The notes beneath the pieces were generated by a model. It was given only the letters and a program-made list of their open reading frames with translations. It was not told where the DNA came from and searched no databases. A stretch of DNA of 64,000 nucleotides from Octopus vulgaris (Eukaryota): NCBI GenBank assembly GCA_951406725.2, contig OX597815.1:40610001-40674000 (forward strand). The letters are read 5' to 3'. Positions within the stretch are counted from its first letter, which is position 1. Each line of letters begins with the position of its first letter. Shown piece after piece: positions 40,015 through 53,090 of this stretch. The translations under genes were made by a program, and so were the position numbers.

Positions 40015-40338
40015 ATATGTAGCCTATATTCTTAGGTGTATCACTTCCTTTTAAAAGTTGAGAAGTTGTAAGCTAAAATCATATTTTAGCTTATTTTTTT
40101 CATAATATATAGATAAAGAGAGAGAGAGAGAGATGTAAAACAATTTATAAAACCGGAAAATTAACGATCAAACTTTTGGAGATCTATTCTACATTTTTCA
40201 TTACTAACCATAAAGAAATAATAAATAGTAAGACTTATAAAATATAAAGCACTACAGATTTTAGTTAAGCAATTAGATAAGTAATATATAGATATGTGTG
40301 TGTATGTAGTAATATTTCTGGAAATATAACAATATATA
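39742..40338. repeat. inverted repeat (~170-bp arms) around (TA)n(GA)n
   Basis: atattgttatatttccagaaata..ccaaaagtttgatcgttaa mirrored at 40161-40338. Confidence 0.85.
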
Positions 40339-40394
40339 TTTGATTGAATACGATTTCACAACAGGAATCTAACAAAACAAATATACACACACAC

Positions 40395-40427
<33 letters not shown>

Positions 40428-40497
40428 CATATATATATATGTATATATATATACATATATATATATATGTATATATATATACATATATATATATATG

Positions 40498-40557
<60 letters not shown>

Positions 40558-42406
40558 CACGTACATATATATATGAATGTACGTATGCGTAATACCTGAA
40601 ATATTTGTATCTTACCATGTTTAACTGAATTTTATCACCAATATGTTCACTAGCAGCAATACAGTGTAATAATAAATACATATCTACATGTGGAAGGAAT
40701 ATTTTGTTTTAAAGAAATAGTTTGCCGCTCACAATAAACCGACGATGCTCCATCTTGTAGTCTTCATTCCTTTTTGCCTTTCACTTTAATTAGCAACTGG
40801 GAACAATGACATTTGTTTTTAATATTACAGATCGAGTAATTCTGTCGATTTGCTTTTAGACATTTTAAATTATAGCCTTAAAAAATATAGTTTACAGAGT
40901 TAGTGATTATAAAACGTTTATTATTAGTCCATATTACCGGAAATGTAGGTTTAAGTTTGTTTCGTTTCAATGAAGAGCTGACGAATGGCGACCTAAAACA
41001 CGTGTCGAGATTCTGGGGTGAATTACCGACATATTATTATATTTTGTTCGTTTTTATATTATTTTACTGCTTCAATCAAATATATATTTTTGTTGACATC
41101 ATAAGAATTTCTAAACTGTCGAGAGAACGTGAAATAATTGGTTTTGGAACTGGATCTCGAAGCACGTATAAAGCTACAGATAATAAGTATGTAAATATTG
41201 GGATTGAAAAACTTGGGAGAGAAAAAGTCGAACACAATATTCACATGCTATTTATCTAGAGCTTTATATTTTTGTATTTATAAAATGGTTTTAGAAATTT
41301 AACGTTGAAAATATATATGTATTTAGATATCATTATTTTGATCACGCAAATATACATAAACAAAGAAAAATGTAATTATTTCGAATTATATTTATTTTAA
41401 TGTAAATTATAGTTTTTTTATACACTTACCGGTCATTTGTTTATTCCTGTTTTTATAATTTTTTTTTACGTTTATTTATTTTTCAAAGTTTAGTATTAGT
41501 GATACTGTTCATTCTTCATTCCCCCGTAACAAAATATAGGAAATATTAAAGGATTTTCTGGCTCTAAAGCTGAATGTAAGAAAAACATTGTTGTGTGCAT
41601 TCACTATATTCTTAAATAGAATCGCTTATTTTAAATTTATATATCAGAAGAATTACCATAACAGCTTATTCAGTGTGTATTTATTATATATGAGAGAGAT
41701 GAAGCCGATTCAGTGGCTCGTTTATTTGGACAAGAGACTGCACCTGAAAACACAAAGAAGCGGGGTGCGTATTGGGCACTGTCCGCCTCGCAAACAGAAA
41801 GATTGCACGCATAAATATATGTTTGTGTGCGATCGGGACAAAATAACTTTTAAACAGTTGCAAGCGAAAATTAGTTGTACTTTATTATGACAGCTATTGT
41901 ATGTGTTGTGTATATGTATGGATATTATATATACAGTCAGTGCGTGGGAGACAATGTCGACAGAAGATGCTTGGGCATCAACATTGGGAACAAATCAGTG
42001 TTTCTGTAACTATTTATAGTATACGAAAGCGTTGGCCAACGTGATGCATTTCTTGTTAAGCTTTAGCAGAACAACGATTTGTGTTCAAATGAATAGCGTT
42101 TCGATATACTTAGTTAAAAGGGGATAACCATTAAAGTGCAATTCTTTTCTCATTGTGTATAGATATGCTTTTCTTTTCCTTTTAATTATTTTTATTCAGC
42201 TGAAATTACCGAAGTGACTCAAGGACCGAGAGTTTTGTATATGGTACTTACGAAACTTTGACAAGTGCTACGCACAAAAACTCGGTTATTGGGTTATTTT
42301 TGTAACGTTTTACCGATTAAAATTATTAGAAAAGTATTTATATTTTTATATTTTATACAATTAATCTGTATTAAGTTCTCTGAGTACTCATCTAGTGTGA
42401 CATCGC

Positions 42407-42447
<41 letters not shown>

Positions 42448-42660
42448 CAAATAAGAAAATGGAGAAACAAATTCATTTCGATCATCACCAGTTGTATATT
42501 GGATAACTTAATATCCCATAGTGGGTTACTTTCATAACCCCTATCTTACTTTGTATTATATAATATATATATATATATATATTGGATATAATATACATAT
42601 TATATAGTATACATATATTATATATAATATACATATTATATAGTATATATATATATATTT

Positions 42661-43025
42661 TTATTTTATTTTATTTAGTTTCAGCTCACAAGCTGTGGCC
42701 ATGCTGGGGCACTGCCATTTGGTGTTGCTACATGATTTTACTTCACGAATACTTTTAGCAAATGCCAGCTGGTGCATGAGAGAGTTCGATGCAGCTGCCC
42801 TCATCTGCACCTCCTGTCGTGAAGTTGGTTCATCTGGGACACCTGACAAGAAGAGATCCAGTTTCATTTTAAGGACATCTGCATCCACCCCATGCAGGTC
42901 TCTTAGGTTCTTCGGGAGGATATTGAGGAGCTGTGGGCCTCGGAAGCTCAGGCTATCACAGTATCTTGATGGCAAATTTGGAGTCCTTGGCACTATGCAG
43001 TGGCGCCCAGTTCTGGCATTTGTAT
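42661..43025 (-). mobile_element. CR1-clade LINE extreme 3' end
   Basis: SLSFRGPQLLNILPKNLRDL..KLDLFLSGVPDEP, then a stem-loop and (AAAAT)n tail. Confidence 0.82.
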
Positions 43026-43050
43026 AGTATATATATTGTATAATATATAA

Positions 43051-43407
43051 GGCGCAATGGCCCAGTGGTTAAAGCAGCGGACTAGTGGTCATAGGATCGT
43101 GGTTTTGATTCCCAGATCGGGCGTTGTGAGTGTTTATTGAGCGAAAACACCTAAAGTACCACGAGGCTCCAGCAGGGGTTCGTGGAGAACCCTGCTGTAC
43201 ACCACAACTTTCTCTCACTCTATCTTCCTGTTTGTTTTGTACCTGTATTTCAAAGGGCCAGCCTTGTCAAGCTAAATCTCCCCCGAGAACTACGTTAAGG
43301 GTACACGTGTCTGTGGAATGCTCAACCACTTGCACGTTAATTTTACAGGCAGGCTGCTCCATTGAACGGATCAACTGGAACTCTCGTCATCGCAACCGAC
43401 AGAGTGC

Positions 43408-43412
<5 letters not shown>
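43051..43412 (+). mobile_element. tRNA-derived SINE
   Basis: ggcgcaatggcccagtggttaaagc (A box), ggttttgattccc (B box), tail ..gagtgccaacaa. Confidence 0.75.
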
Positions 43413-43470
<58 letters not shown>

Positions 43471-43680
43471 CCATGCAAATCAAAACGGGCCCGAAGTTTT
43501 TCTATATCTCCACCAGGTGATAACGTACTACAACTTTAGATTTTTCTTTATTTTCCTGTATCTTCCATTATATTGTATATGTTTCTATATATATATATAT
43601 ATATCAAAATAGCAACAGGATATCAAGAGGTGATGCAGTACAACCATTTCAAGCGGCTCCATTTAATTGAACAATGCAAT

Positions 43681-45412
43681 CATCATGATCATGATCATCA
43701 TTTAACGTCCGTTTTCCGCGCTAGCATGGGTTGGACGGTTCGACCGGGGTCTGGGAAGCCAGGGGCTGCACCAGGCTCCAGTCTGATCTGGCAGAGTTTC
43801 TACAGCTGGATGCCCTTCCTAACGCCAACCACTCCGCGAGTGTAGTGGGTGCTTTTTATGTGCCACCTGCACAGTTGCCAGGGGGTTCCGGCATCAGCCA
43901 CAATTGGTTGGAGCTTTTAACGTGCCACCAACACAGAAGCCAGCCAAGGTGGCGCTGGCAACGACCACATTCGGATGGTGGTTTTTATGTGCCAGTCGGG
44001 GCGGCGCTGGCATTGGCCACGTTTGGATGGTGCTTTTTATGTTCTACTGGCACAGAAGCCAGTCAAGGCGGTGCTGGCAACGGCCACGTTCGGATGGTGC
44101 TTTTTATGTGCCACCGGCACAGGTATCACAACTACTATTTCCATTGATATTTATTTCGATGTTCATGTTCTTGACTCAACAGGTCTCCTCAAGCACAGTG
44201 GGACGTTCTGGAATCCAGGGTACTTTGAATGGGCAGGGGCTATGCGGAACTGGTGCAGGAAGCAACCCGGGCCTTTGCAGTCACAGCATATCCCCAGAGA
44301 TCTCGGTGCTTCGCCATTGCCTCAGTGAGGCCCAACGCTCTGAGGTCATGCTTGACTACCTCATCTCATGTCTTCCTGGGTCTACCTCTCCCCCTGATAC
44401 CTTCAACTGTTTGGGAGTGGCACTTCTTCACACATCTCTCCTCATCCATCCGCAGTACATGACCATACCATCGCAAGTGTCGCTCTTGCACACCACATCT
44501 GATGCTTCTTATGTCCAGCATTTCTCTCAGGGTGCTTACACTCTGTCGTGCGTGCACACTGACATTACACATCCAGCGGATCATGCTAGCTTCATTTCTT
44601 TCAAGTCTACGCATGTCCTCTGCAGTCACAGCCCATGTTTCACTACCGTGAAGCATGGCAGTTCGCACACATGCATCATACAATCTACCTTTCACTCTGA
44701 GTGAGAAACCCTTTGTCGCCAGTAGGGGTAGGAGCTTTCTGAACTTTGCCCAGGCTATTCGTATTGTAGTGGTGATACTCTCTGAGCATCCACCTCCACT
44801 ACTAACTTGGTCACCCAGGTAGCGGAAACTATCAACTACTTCTAGTTTCTCCCCCTGGAGTGTGATGGAATCTGTTTTCTGAGTGTCTGTGGTGTCTATT
44901 GTCCCTGTGCATCTGCCGCACATGAAAGCTATCTTATCAGTTAATTTCCCTTTGATGTTGCTGCACCTCTTATGCATCCATAGCTTACATTGGGTGCATC
45001 TTATGGAGTTTCTACCTACACCTTTCCTACAGATCGAGCAGGGCCACCTGCCCGAGGGTGTGTATGCTGAGTTCGCCTTTCTGCTTACTATAACTTTGGT
45101 CTTTGCTACATTTACTCTAAGGCCCTTTGATTCTAACCCTTGCTTCCACACCCGAAATTTCTTTTCTAGTTCCGGTAGTGATTCTGCTGAGAGCCAGGTC
45201 ATCAGCATAGTGGAGCTCCCAGGGGCATCCTGTTTTGAATTCCTCTGTTATTGCCTGGAGGACTATGATAAATAAAAGGGGACTGAGGGCTGAGCCTTGG
45301 TGTACACCTACTTCTACCCGGAATTCTTCACTATATTCGTTGCCAATCCTAACCTTGCTGACAGCCTCTTTGTATAGAGCCTGTACAGCCCTTATTAGCC
45401 ATTCGTCAATCT
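43681..45412 (-). mobile_element. 5'-truncated RTE LINE
   Basis: ORF 44366-45208 ..LESKGLRVNVAKTKV..LRWYGHVLRMDEE..GRGRPRKT, repeat 3' UTR, (cat)n tail. Confidence 0.92.
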
Positions 45413-45599
45413 CCAGAATTTAAATGCAGGGCTATCCTCAGCTGCATAAATAAATAGAATTTTTAATCAGTTGGACACATTAATATAATTTTACTCAAAT
45501 TCTCTAATAGAGCAAGAAGAGGGAAAGAGTCCATGTTGCTACTAATATAGCTAAGAATATACTACACTTCTAAGAACTGTATGAAGTTTGTTATGGTCA

Positions 45600-46150
45600 T
45601 AGCTTGTATAGGATTGTGGTTCATTTTTAATTTATTAGTCTTTTTTTTATCAACTACCAAATCTAAGGCTCGACAGTGTCTGTTTAGAATGGAGGCAAGA
45701 GTGAGTTGACAGTATATAGTTGGTTATGGTCATAAATATTGTCAGGATTTTAGGATTTGTGTAAGTAATTGTCTATAAAAGAGGCTGGGTAGGGGAAGAT
45801 CCCAAATCAAGATGTTAATTACCAGTTAAAGGGGGTAAGATGCTAATAAAACCTATTATGTTAATACAGAGGAAATTATCATGGGGTACTATGTATGATT
45901 GCTTATAAACAATATTGTTATGTTGTATAAAGATAAAATTTAAGATTACTAAAAATGATATTATAACCAGAATAGATAAAATGTGTATATATACTAATTT
46001 TCAACATTAGAAAGGGAAGATTACATAGAATTAGTTTAATATCTATTCCTGTACTTAATTATTTACTTATTAGGTGGTTTCTATAAAGATTGATCTGGGT
46101 ATTTACTTATAGAATACTGGAGTGATAAATCATGCTTTGTATTAATTATA
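45600..46150 (-). mobile_element. possible highly decayed Penelope-like RT relic
   Basis: Minus FIQHNNIVYKQSYIVP(M) resembles PLE YFxFNNxxYKQxxGxPMG; otherwise heavily degenerate. Confidence 0.3.
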
Positions 46151-46242
46151 AGCTAAGAATCAGGAAAAAAATTGGAAAAAATAAGTTGTGCACAGATACA
46201 TACACATATTTAACTATGTGCACACATACGTGTGTGTACTTA

Positions 46243-46619
46243 GGTGTAGGAGTGGCTGTGTGGTAAGTAGCTTGCTTACGAACTACATGGTTCTGGGTTC
46301 AGTCCCACTGTGTGACACCTTGGGCAAGTGTCTTCTATAGCCTCAGGCCAATCAAAGCCTTGTGAGTGGATGAGGTAAACGGAAACTGAAAGGAGCCTGT
46401 TGTATATATATGTGTGTGTTTGTGTATCTGTTTTTCCCTCCAACATCGCTTGACAACTGATGCTGGTGTGTTTACGTCCCTGTAACTTAGCAGTTCTGCA
46501 AAAGAGACCGATAGAATAAGTACTAGGCTTACAAAGAATAAGTCCTGGGGATGATTTGCTCGACTAAAGGCAATGCTCCAGCGTGGCCACAGTCAAACGA
46601 CTGAAACAAGTAAAAGAGT
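46243..46619 (+). mobile_element. full-length CORE-like SINE
   Basis: ggtgtaggagtggctgtgtggtaag..gactgaaacaagtaaaagag. Confidence 0.88.
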
Positions 46620-46699
46620 ATACAAATATTTGTACTATTATGGGTATGTTCTAATCAACTCTCATAGACTTAAGTAACTAGAAAGTTTGTATCTCCCTT

Positions 46700-46881
46700 T
46701 TACTCTTTTACTTGTTTCAGTCATTTGACTGTGGCCATGCTGGAGCACCGCCTTTTAGTTGAGCAAATTGACCCCAGGACTTATTCTTTGTAAGCCTAGT
46801 ACTTATTCTATCGGTCTCTTATGCCGAACCGCCAAGTTACGGGAACATAAACACACCAGCATCAGTTGTCAAGCGATGTTT

Positions 46882-46933
<52 letters not shown>

Positions 46934-47091
46934 GATGGGCTTCTTTCAGTTTCTGTCTACCAAATCCGCTCACAAAGATTTTGACGGCCCGAGGCTATAG
47001 AAGACACTTCCCAAGGTGCCACGCAGTGGGATTGAACCCAGACCATGTGGTTCATAAGCAAGCTACTTACCACACAGCCGCTCCTACGCCT
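46700..47091 (-). mobile_element. full-length CORE-like SINE, tail-to-tail with the previous copy
   Basis: Reverse complement of the same family. Confidence 0.88.
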
Positions 47092-47283
47092 ATAGAATAT
47101 TAATAACTTATAAGAGATTAATAGGTAAAGGTATCAAAATAATTTTAAAAAAAGGAAATTATAGAGAATAGTAAGAAAATACATATAACATATTATATAT
47201 AATACTAGAAGATAAGTTCACATCAGATATGACACTAAAAATTAATTTCCCTTATCCAGGTTCAAGTGTAGCACCTTTAAACA

Positions 47284-49298
47284 TTAATTTCGAAAATATT
47301 TAAATGTACGGGTGACCTTATGTACACATGATACCCTTAAGTCTAATCTATTATTAACCGGGTTGCTCTTGTCCCTATACTTAAAAATTTCATAAGTTTT
47401 CATAGATCACAGCTCACACCCATATCGACTATGTCTATAAGGCTGCGCTTTCCTTATAACATCCCATTTAAGGCTAAATTTGATTCTGCTTGTCTTCAGT
47501 TTCCAAATCTTGCTAGATAAGGACGTACAGTTGGCCTTATGTTTGAGCCTAAAAGATGAAAAATGGTGAATGAGACCTTTGGAAATATGCTGTGCTTGAG
47601 AAGACCTGGCAACCCAAGTGAAACCATAACCTCGTGGCCTATGCCAGGGGTGTAACCAGCCCACTTATGTGTACCTTTCCTTCATTGGACACTAAACTCT
47701 GCTTGCGAAGACCTGTTGAGGCAAGTGAAATCAAAATCAAATTCGATGACTGGCATCCGTACTTATGGAGCACTAAGTGCACCATCCAAGCATGATCGTT
47801 GCTAGAGCAGCTAACTGGCTTCTGTGCCAGTGGCATGTAAAAAGCACCATTTGAGCGTGATCATTACCAGCGTTGCCTTACTGGCACGTGAAAAAACATT
47901 CGAGCGAGGTTGTTGCCAGTGCCACTGGACTGGCTCCTGTGCAGGTGGCATGTAAAAAACACCATTTGAGCATGGCCGTTGCCAGTACCGCCTGACTGGC
48001 CCTCGTGCTGGTGGCATGTAAAAGCACCCACTACACTCTCAGAGTGGTTGGCATTAGGAAGGGCATCCAGCTGTAGAAACTCTGCCAGATCAGATTGGAG
48101 CCTGGTGCAGCTATCTGGTTCACCAGACCTCAGCTAGCATGGAAAGCGGACGTTAAACGATGATGATGATGATTGAACATCCTATATATATACAAAGTTA
48201 CCAGCTACAGTTGTGATTGTACACTTATAGATTACGTTTTGGATTAGACATCGGCCTAATAACAGACAGTGAGATTTAACTCTACAATTGCTACTAGGAG
48301 AATTACTACTATTAATATTATTGATATTCATACCATTATTAGTATCAGTATCACTGTTAATATTAATCGTACTACTACTATTGTATGTGTTATTTTCATA
48401 TCTGGTATTATCTCTCCATCCTTCAATTGTAGTATCATTCACATTCATCCTAGCATCATCAGGCGTATCAGTAATCCCTGTGCTAGTATAGACCTTAGAG
48501 CTACAGTCAATATTGTGCATATTAGAAGCATTAGTACCGCTGTTTCTATTTTCTACGTCACCATTAATATTATTATTCACATTGTAGGGGTTTAAGTTAG
48601 TGTTGACAGTAGCATTAATTTTATTACCACCTCTTGCTAATTTAATATTCTTTCTATTTATCCTTGCTATGATGGTACCCATATTGGGGAGAGTAGAATA
48701 TTAGATTCTAACTGTGTTATGGGAAAAATTCTGTTATATCTATGGGAAGCAGGGAAGTTTTTTTCTAAAATTGGCATAAGTTTCCTATATATGTTTATGA
48801 AAATGGCACAGTTGAAGGGAACGTTATACCAGATTAAGTCCTTATTTTCAGACTTATGGCGCATGTAAGGGCGGAATCTACCTGTTCTCTCAATGCGTCT
48901 CGAAATCGTGACTTGATTATTAGGTATGTCTCTATTACCAGTATTTTTCTTATCCTTAAAGGGTAGAGCAACCTGTCCAGTCTCTTTACCACCCTTATTA
49001 TCTAAACTAAAATTCCTACTTGTTATAGCATCTGATTTCCTGTTGTTGCTTATTTTTTTATTTAAATTAATGGGTTTGCTGGATGTTTTTCTAGTTGGTA
49101 TGTTTTCCTGACCAAGTAAGTTTGTAATCCCTCTATCACTTAAAATCTCAGTATTTTCACTATAATTAGGTGCTATACTTTCAGGACTAAGAAAAGTAAT
49201 TTCCTTGTCATATCCTGCCTTAGACAAAGTGAAGTTGTAGTAATGGGAATGGGTATTAAAAACGTCTTTATTCGCTGATAATTTTGTAATTCTCTTAC
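47284..49298 (-). mobile_element. Penelope-like element 3' part (RT thumb, Cys linker, GIY-YIG), interrupted by an RTE
   Basis: KRITKLSANKDVFN..IWYNVPFN..NCRVKSHCLLLGRCLIQNVIYKC..VYIGCS, resuming HFSSFR..SLSSKIWKLK..CEL..CVH at 47284-47570. Confidence 0.85.
47571..48172 (+). mobile_element. RTE LINE 3' end inserted in the Penelope-like element
   Basis: Same 3' UTR and gttaaacgatgatgatg tail as the other RTE copies. Confidence 0.88.
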
Positions 49299-49338
<40 letters not shown>

Positions 49339-51799
49339 ATGTATGTATAGATAGATATACATATGTTTTCTTTATTTCTACTTTTTGCACAATTCTACAC
49401 CAATTCAACATGGTTTGTAGTTGCGTATGTACATGCATCACTAATATTTAGTGGTCAATTAACAATATGTGTTAAAAACTAAATAGTTTGATGTATGATG
49501 GCCAGACGTCACTTACAACTGTTGTTTCTGGCAAAACAGTTTTGCAATGCATCTGTATTGTAATTATATCAGCTACTGTAATTTAAAAAATGCTTAAAAC
49601 CAACTCCAAGATCTTCAGAAACCTACTGAAATTTCATTCAGAAATGAAGTAAACAGCGGTACTTATCTCTCACACATTTGTAGCATTATGTCTTCCTTAC
49701 TTAATTATAGATTTGAACAATTATTTAAAGATATTACATCTATTTATTGTTTAAATTAAGCAACATTTCCATTACCCTCAAACTATGCACTTCAGAGCTA
49801 ACCTCTATCCTTACCAAGCTCTTCGATCTCTACACGAATATATTCCAATCTTTAGACCCTTACTACACTGCGTCCCCATGTCCCAATTACTTCTAACCTT
49901 GCCAACTGTTGTTCTATCACACTTCCAACATATCAAAGGTGATGAAGATAATCTTTTCTCTTACCCCCTTGGATCCCTCTGCGTCTTTAATGACCATCAA
50001 TATGCCTTTTGCAAAACCAGATCAACTGGAGATCTCTCCTAAGCCACTCACCATTGAGCTTTCTCTTGGAGAAATTTGTTGAAACTGTTGTTGTTACCTG
50101 CAATGTCAGCTATGGTTGGATTCCCTTCCTATCACCAGCACTTTACAGCGTGTAATGGGAGCATAGTATAGACACTTGAGAGAAAAGCATGTTCATGACT
50201 AAAGAATCTTAACACCACATATCCACTCATTTGCCTATTGTTCTACAGGGACTTTATAGTGACATCAACATTTGTGGAGTTTGCCTAGTACTCCACATGA
50301 TTAATTGGAGTACAGTTTTTACATTTTTTTTTATTGTATTCATTCGTTCAAGGCTAAGAGAGCGATGAATGCGTGAAGGGAGCAAGAGTGATAGTAGAAA
50401 CACTGATTGAGAAGAAAGAGTGGTAAAGGAGGTGAGAATGTTGGATAGTAATAGAGGTTGATAAATGGTATGTGATGAATGTCAATAATGATTAGCCCAG
50501 GGTCAAGGCAGTAATGATGGGAAGTGTAGAATGGGTAATAGAGTTTCTGATTCATAATTCTTTATGCATATACTTTGTGATGAGTGACAAAGGTAGGGTT
50601 ATATGAATGAGAAATGTGGAGTTGGAAAGATGTGAGGGTTGGACTGTGTTATCCCTGGTTACACTGGAACATGGTGTGGTAAGTAAGAGATATCCACTGC
50701 CATCATTAGTTACTCTGGCAGTTATGCAAAAAGGAAAGAGATAAAGCAATTAGTATTTATTTTTAACTTTTTTATTGCAGAAATCAGTTATATTCACACG
50801 AAATTTCATTACCCTTAATTGCAGGAAGCAATCCATCTTTTGTTGAGGAATGTTGTGTTTGAAACTATTTTATGTTGAGATGATGATGATATGTCAAGTT
50901 TATGGAAGTAACATGACTTGCAGAAAATACCAATATTACTGTAATAATGATGAAGTTTAATTTTGCAGTTAAAGGCTTAATATCTTATGAGTAATAGCTT
51001 TGTTGGTTAAAGGTTTCCAAAGACTGATTCTTAGTTGACTGCATTTCCAGTGGTAAAAGTATTGAGAAAGAATTTGTGCTATTCCAGTGGAACATGTACC
51101 ACACTGGTATTTCTTCCAGCTTTCAAACCTGCTGTTCATCATACAAGCCTATAATCTCTAATTTACTACAGCAGCATCTCCTCATTATCATTTAATATGT
51201 CCAACACATTTCTCTGTGTATCACTGTTTTATCAAAGTTAATAGTGAATTCTCTGAAACTTACATCTTAAAATCTTCATAATCATCATCACCATCATTTA
51301 GCATCTGTTTTCCAAGTGCATGGATTGGACGGTATGACTGGAACTTGGTAAGCTAGAAATCTGCTCCAGGCTTCAGTCTGTTTTGGCTTGCTTTCTAAGG
51401 CTGAATGCCCTTCCTAATGTCAACCACTCCGCAGGATATAGTTGGTGCCCTTTACGTGTCACTGGCAGGCACTCAAAGTCCTGGTGGTAGCATTAAACCA
51501 GAAAAAGGGTTACATTTTCATTCTAAGATATATGCAAAATAGAGTAAGAAAACCAACTCTTACATCAGTCTCAATGATCCTGACTGAACATGGAATGTAA
51601 TGGTTGACATGACAGTTTTGAGCTCAAAGAACATTATCACGAGCAAATAGGTCCATCCTTCTAACAAAATGGTATTTCTGTGATTGTTCAGTGTGAAATA
51701 TTTGTACTAATTTAACATTGTGTGACACCTTGGGCAAGTGCCTTCTACTATAGCTTCTTGTAAGTGAAATTGGTAGATGGAAACTGTGTGGAAGCCCAA

Positions 51800-51841
<42 letters not shown>

Positions 51842-52010
51842 GCAAATGGAGAAGCACATTAGTTGGTTCATTAACTTTAGGACATTAAAATGTTAACTTA
51901 TTTATTTATTAAATTGATAATTATAATAACACATACATATACTATATTATTCTATGCATATAAAATAAGAATACAAGTAATTATTAAAAAACATGAATAT
52001 AAATTATTAA

Positions 52011-52138
52011 AATCACTTACAGCTGTTTCAGCCCATAGATAAAAGCATTTCATTCTGCCTATATTAGTCAAGTGTATTGAGGTAATAGGCAGTTGAAAAT
52101 GAGGTACTTATATATATCTCTAGGCCTCATCAGAGATT
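52011..52138 (-). ncRNA. type I HHR with 97-nt stem II hairpin, in a (TA)n-flanked Penelope-like terminal fragment (51841-52150)
   Basis: Minus: AATCT CTGATGA GGCCTA..CTGCCTAT..ATAGGCAG..TGGGCT GAAA C-AGCT-G TA|AG(TG)ATT. Confidence 0.72.
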
Positions 52139-52157
52139 ATAAAGTACAATCATATAT

Positions 52158-52190
<33 letters not shown>

Positions 52191-52859
52191 TGTGTGTGTC
52201 TTTGTGTCACACACCACTCAACAACTGTTGGTTTGTTTACGTCCTCATAACTTTGTAGCTCAGCAAAAGAGACCAATAGAATAAGTACCAGACTTAGAAA
52301 AACATAAGTACTGAAGTTGGTTTATTTCAAGATGGTGTCCCAGCATGGTCACATTTCAATGACTGAAACAAATAAAAGCTAAAAGAGCAATTGGAACTAA
52401 AGTTGCATGAAAATTGAAAAGTAAAATTACATGAAGATGGATTTAATCTGAGAAAAGATACAAATTCAAGGAATATTATTGAGTAAGAATTAGAAGGTAT
52501 TAAATGCTGCTGGTAAATAATATGCTTGTACCCAGTAGATTAGGATGTGTTATGGAACCAGTTATAATTTATAGAAGATATGTGATATGCTGGTGGGACG
52601 TAAAAAGTATCCAGCACACTGTTAAGTGGTTGGCATTGGGAAGGGCATCCAGCCATAGAAACCATGCCACAACAGTAATTGGAGTCTGGACAGCTCCCAG
52701 CAGGTCAGCTCCATGTCAGACTGTCCAATCCATGTAGATGTTAAATGATGATGATGATGATACAACCCCACCATTTACTGACTTATATATACGCATATGA
52801 ACTTTGCTTGAGGCAAGTGAAAACAAATCAAGATCGCTGACGTGGCCAATGACAATACC

Positions 52860-53090
52860 TATTTCTTTACTACCCACAAGGGGCTAAGCACAGAGAGGAC
52901 AAACAGGGACAGACAAACGGATTAAGTCGATTATATCGACTCCAGTGCGTAACTGGTACTTATTTAATCGACCCCGAAAGGATGAAAGGCAAAGTCGACC
53001 TCGGCGGAATTTGAACTCAGAACGTAGCGGCAGACGAAATACGGCTACGCATTTCGCCCGGCGTGCTAACGTTTCTGCCAGCTCGCCACC
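52860..53090 (-). mobile_element. young Meta-like tRNA SINE
   Basis: Reverse complement of the 13100 family, with CpGs intact. Confidence 0.85.

Noticed and set aside
40962-41010. HHR-like CTGACGA..AAAACACGTGTC
   Set aside because: G12 absent, stem II poor and stem I does not pair; at best a decayed relic.
43051-43120. tRNA gene
   Set aside because: A/B boxes belong to a SINE head; no intact cloverleaf.
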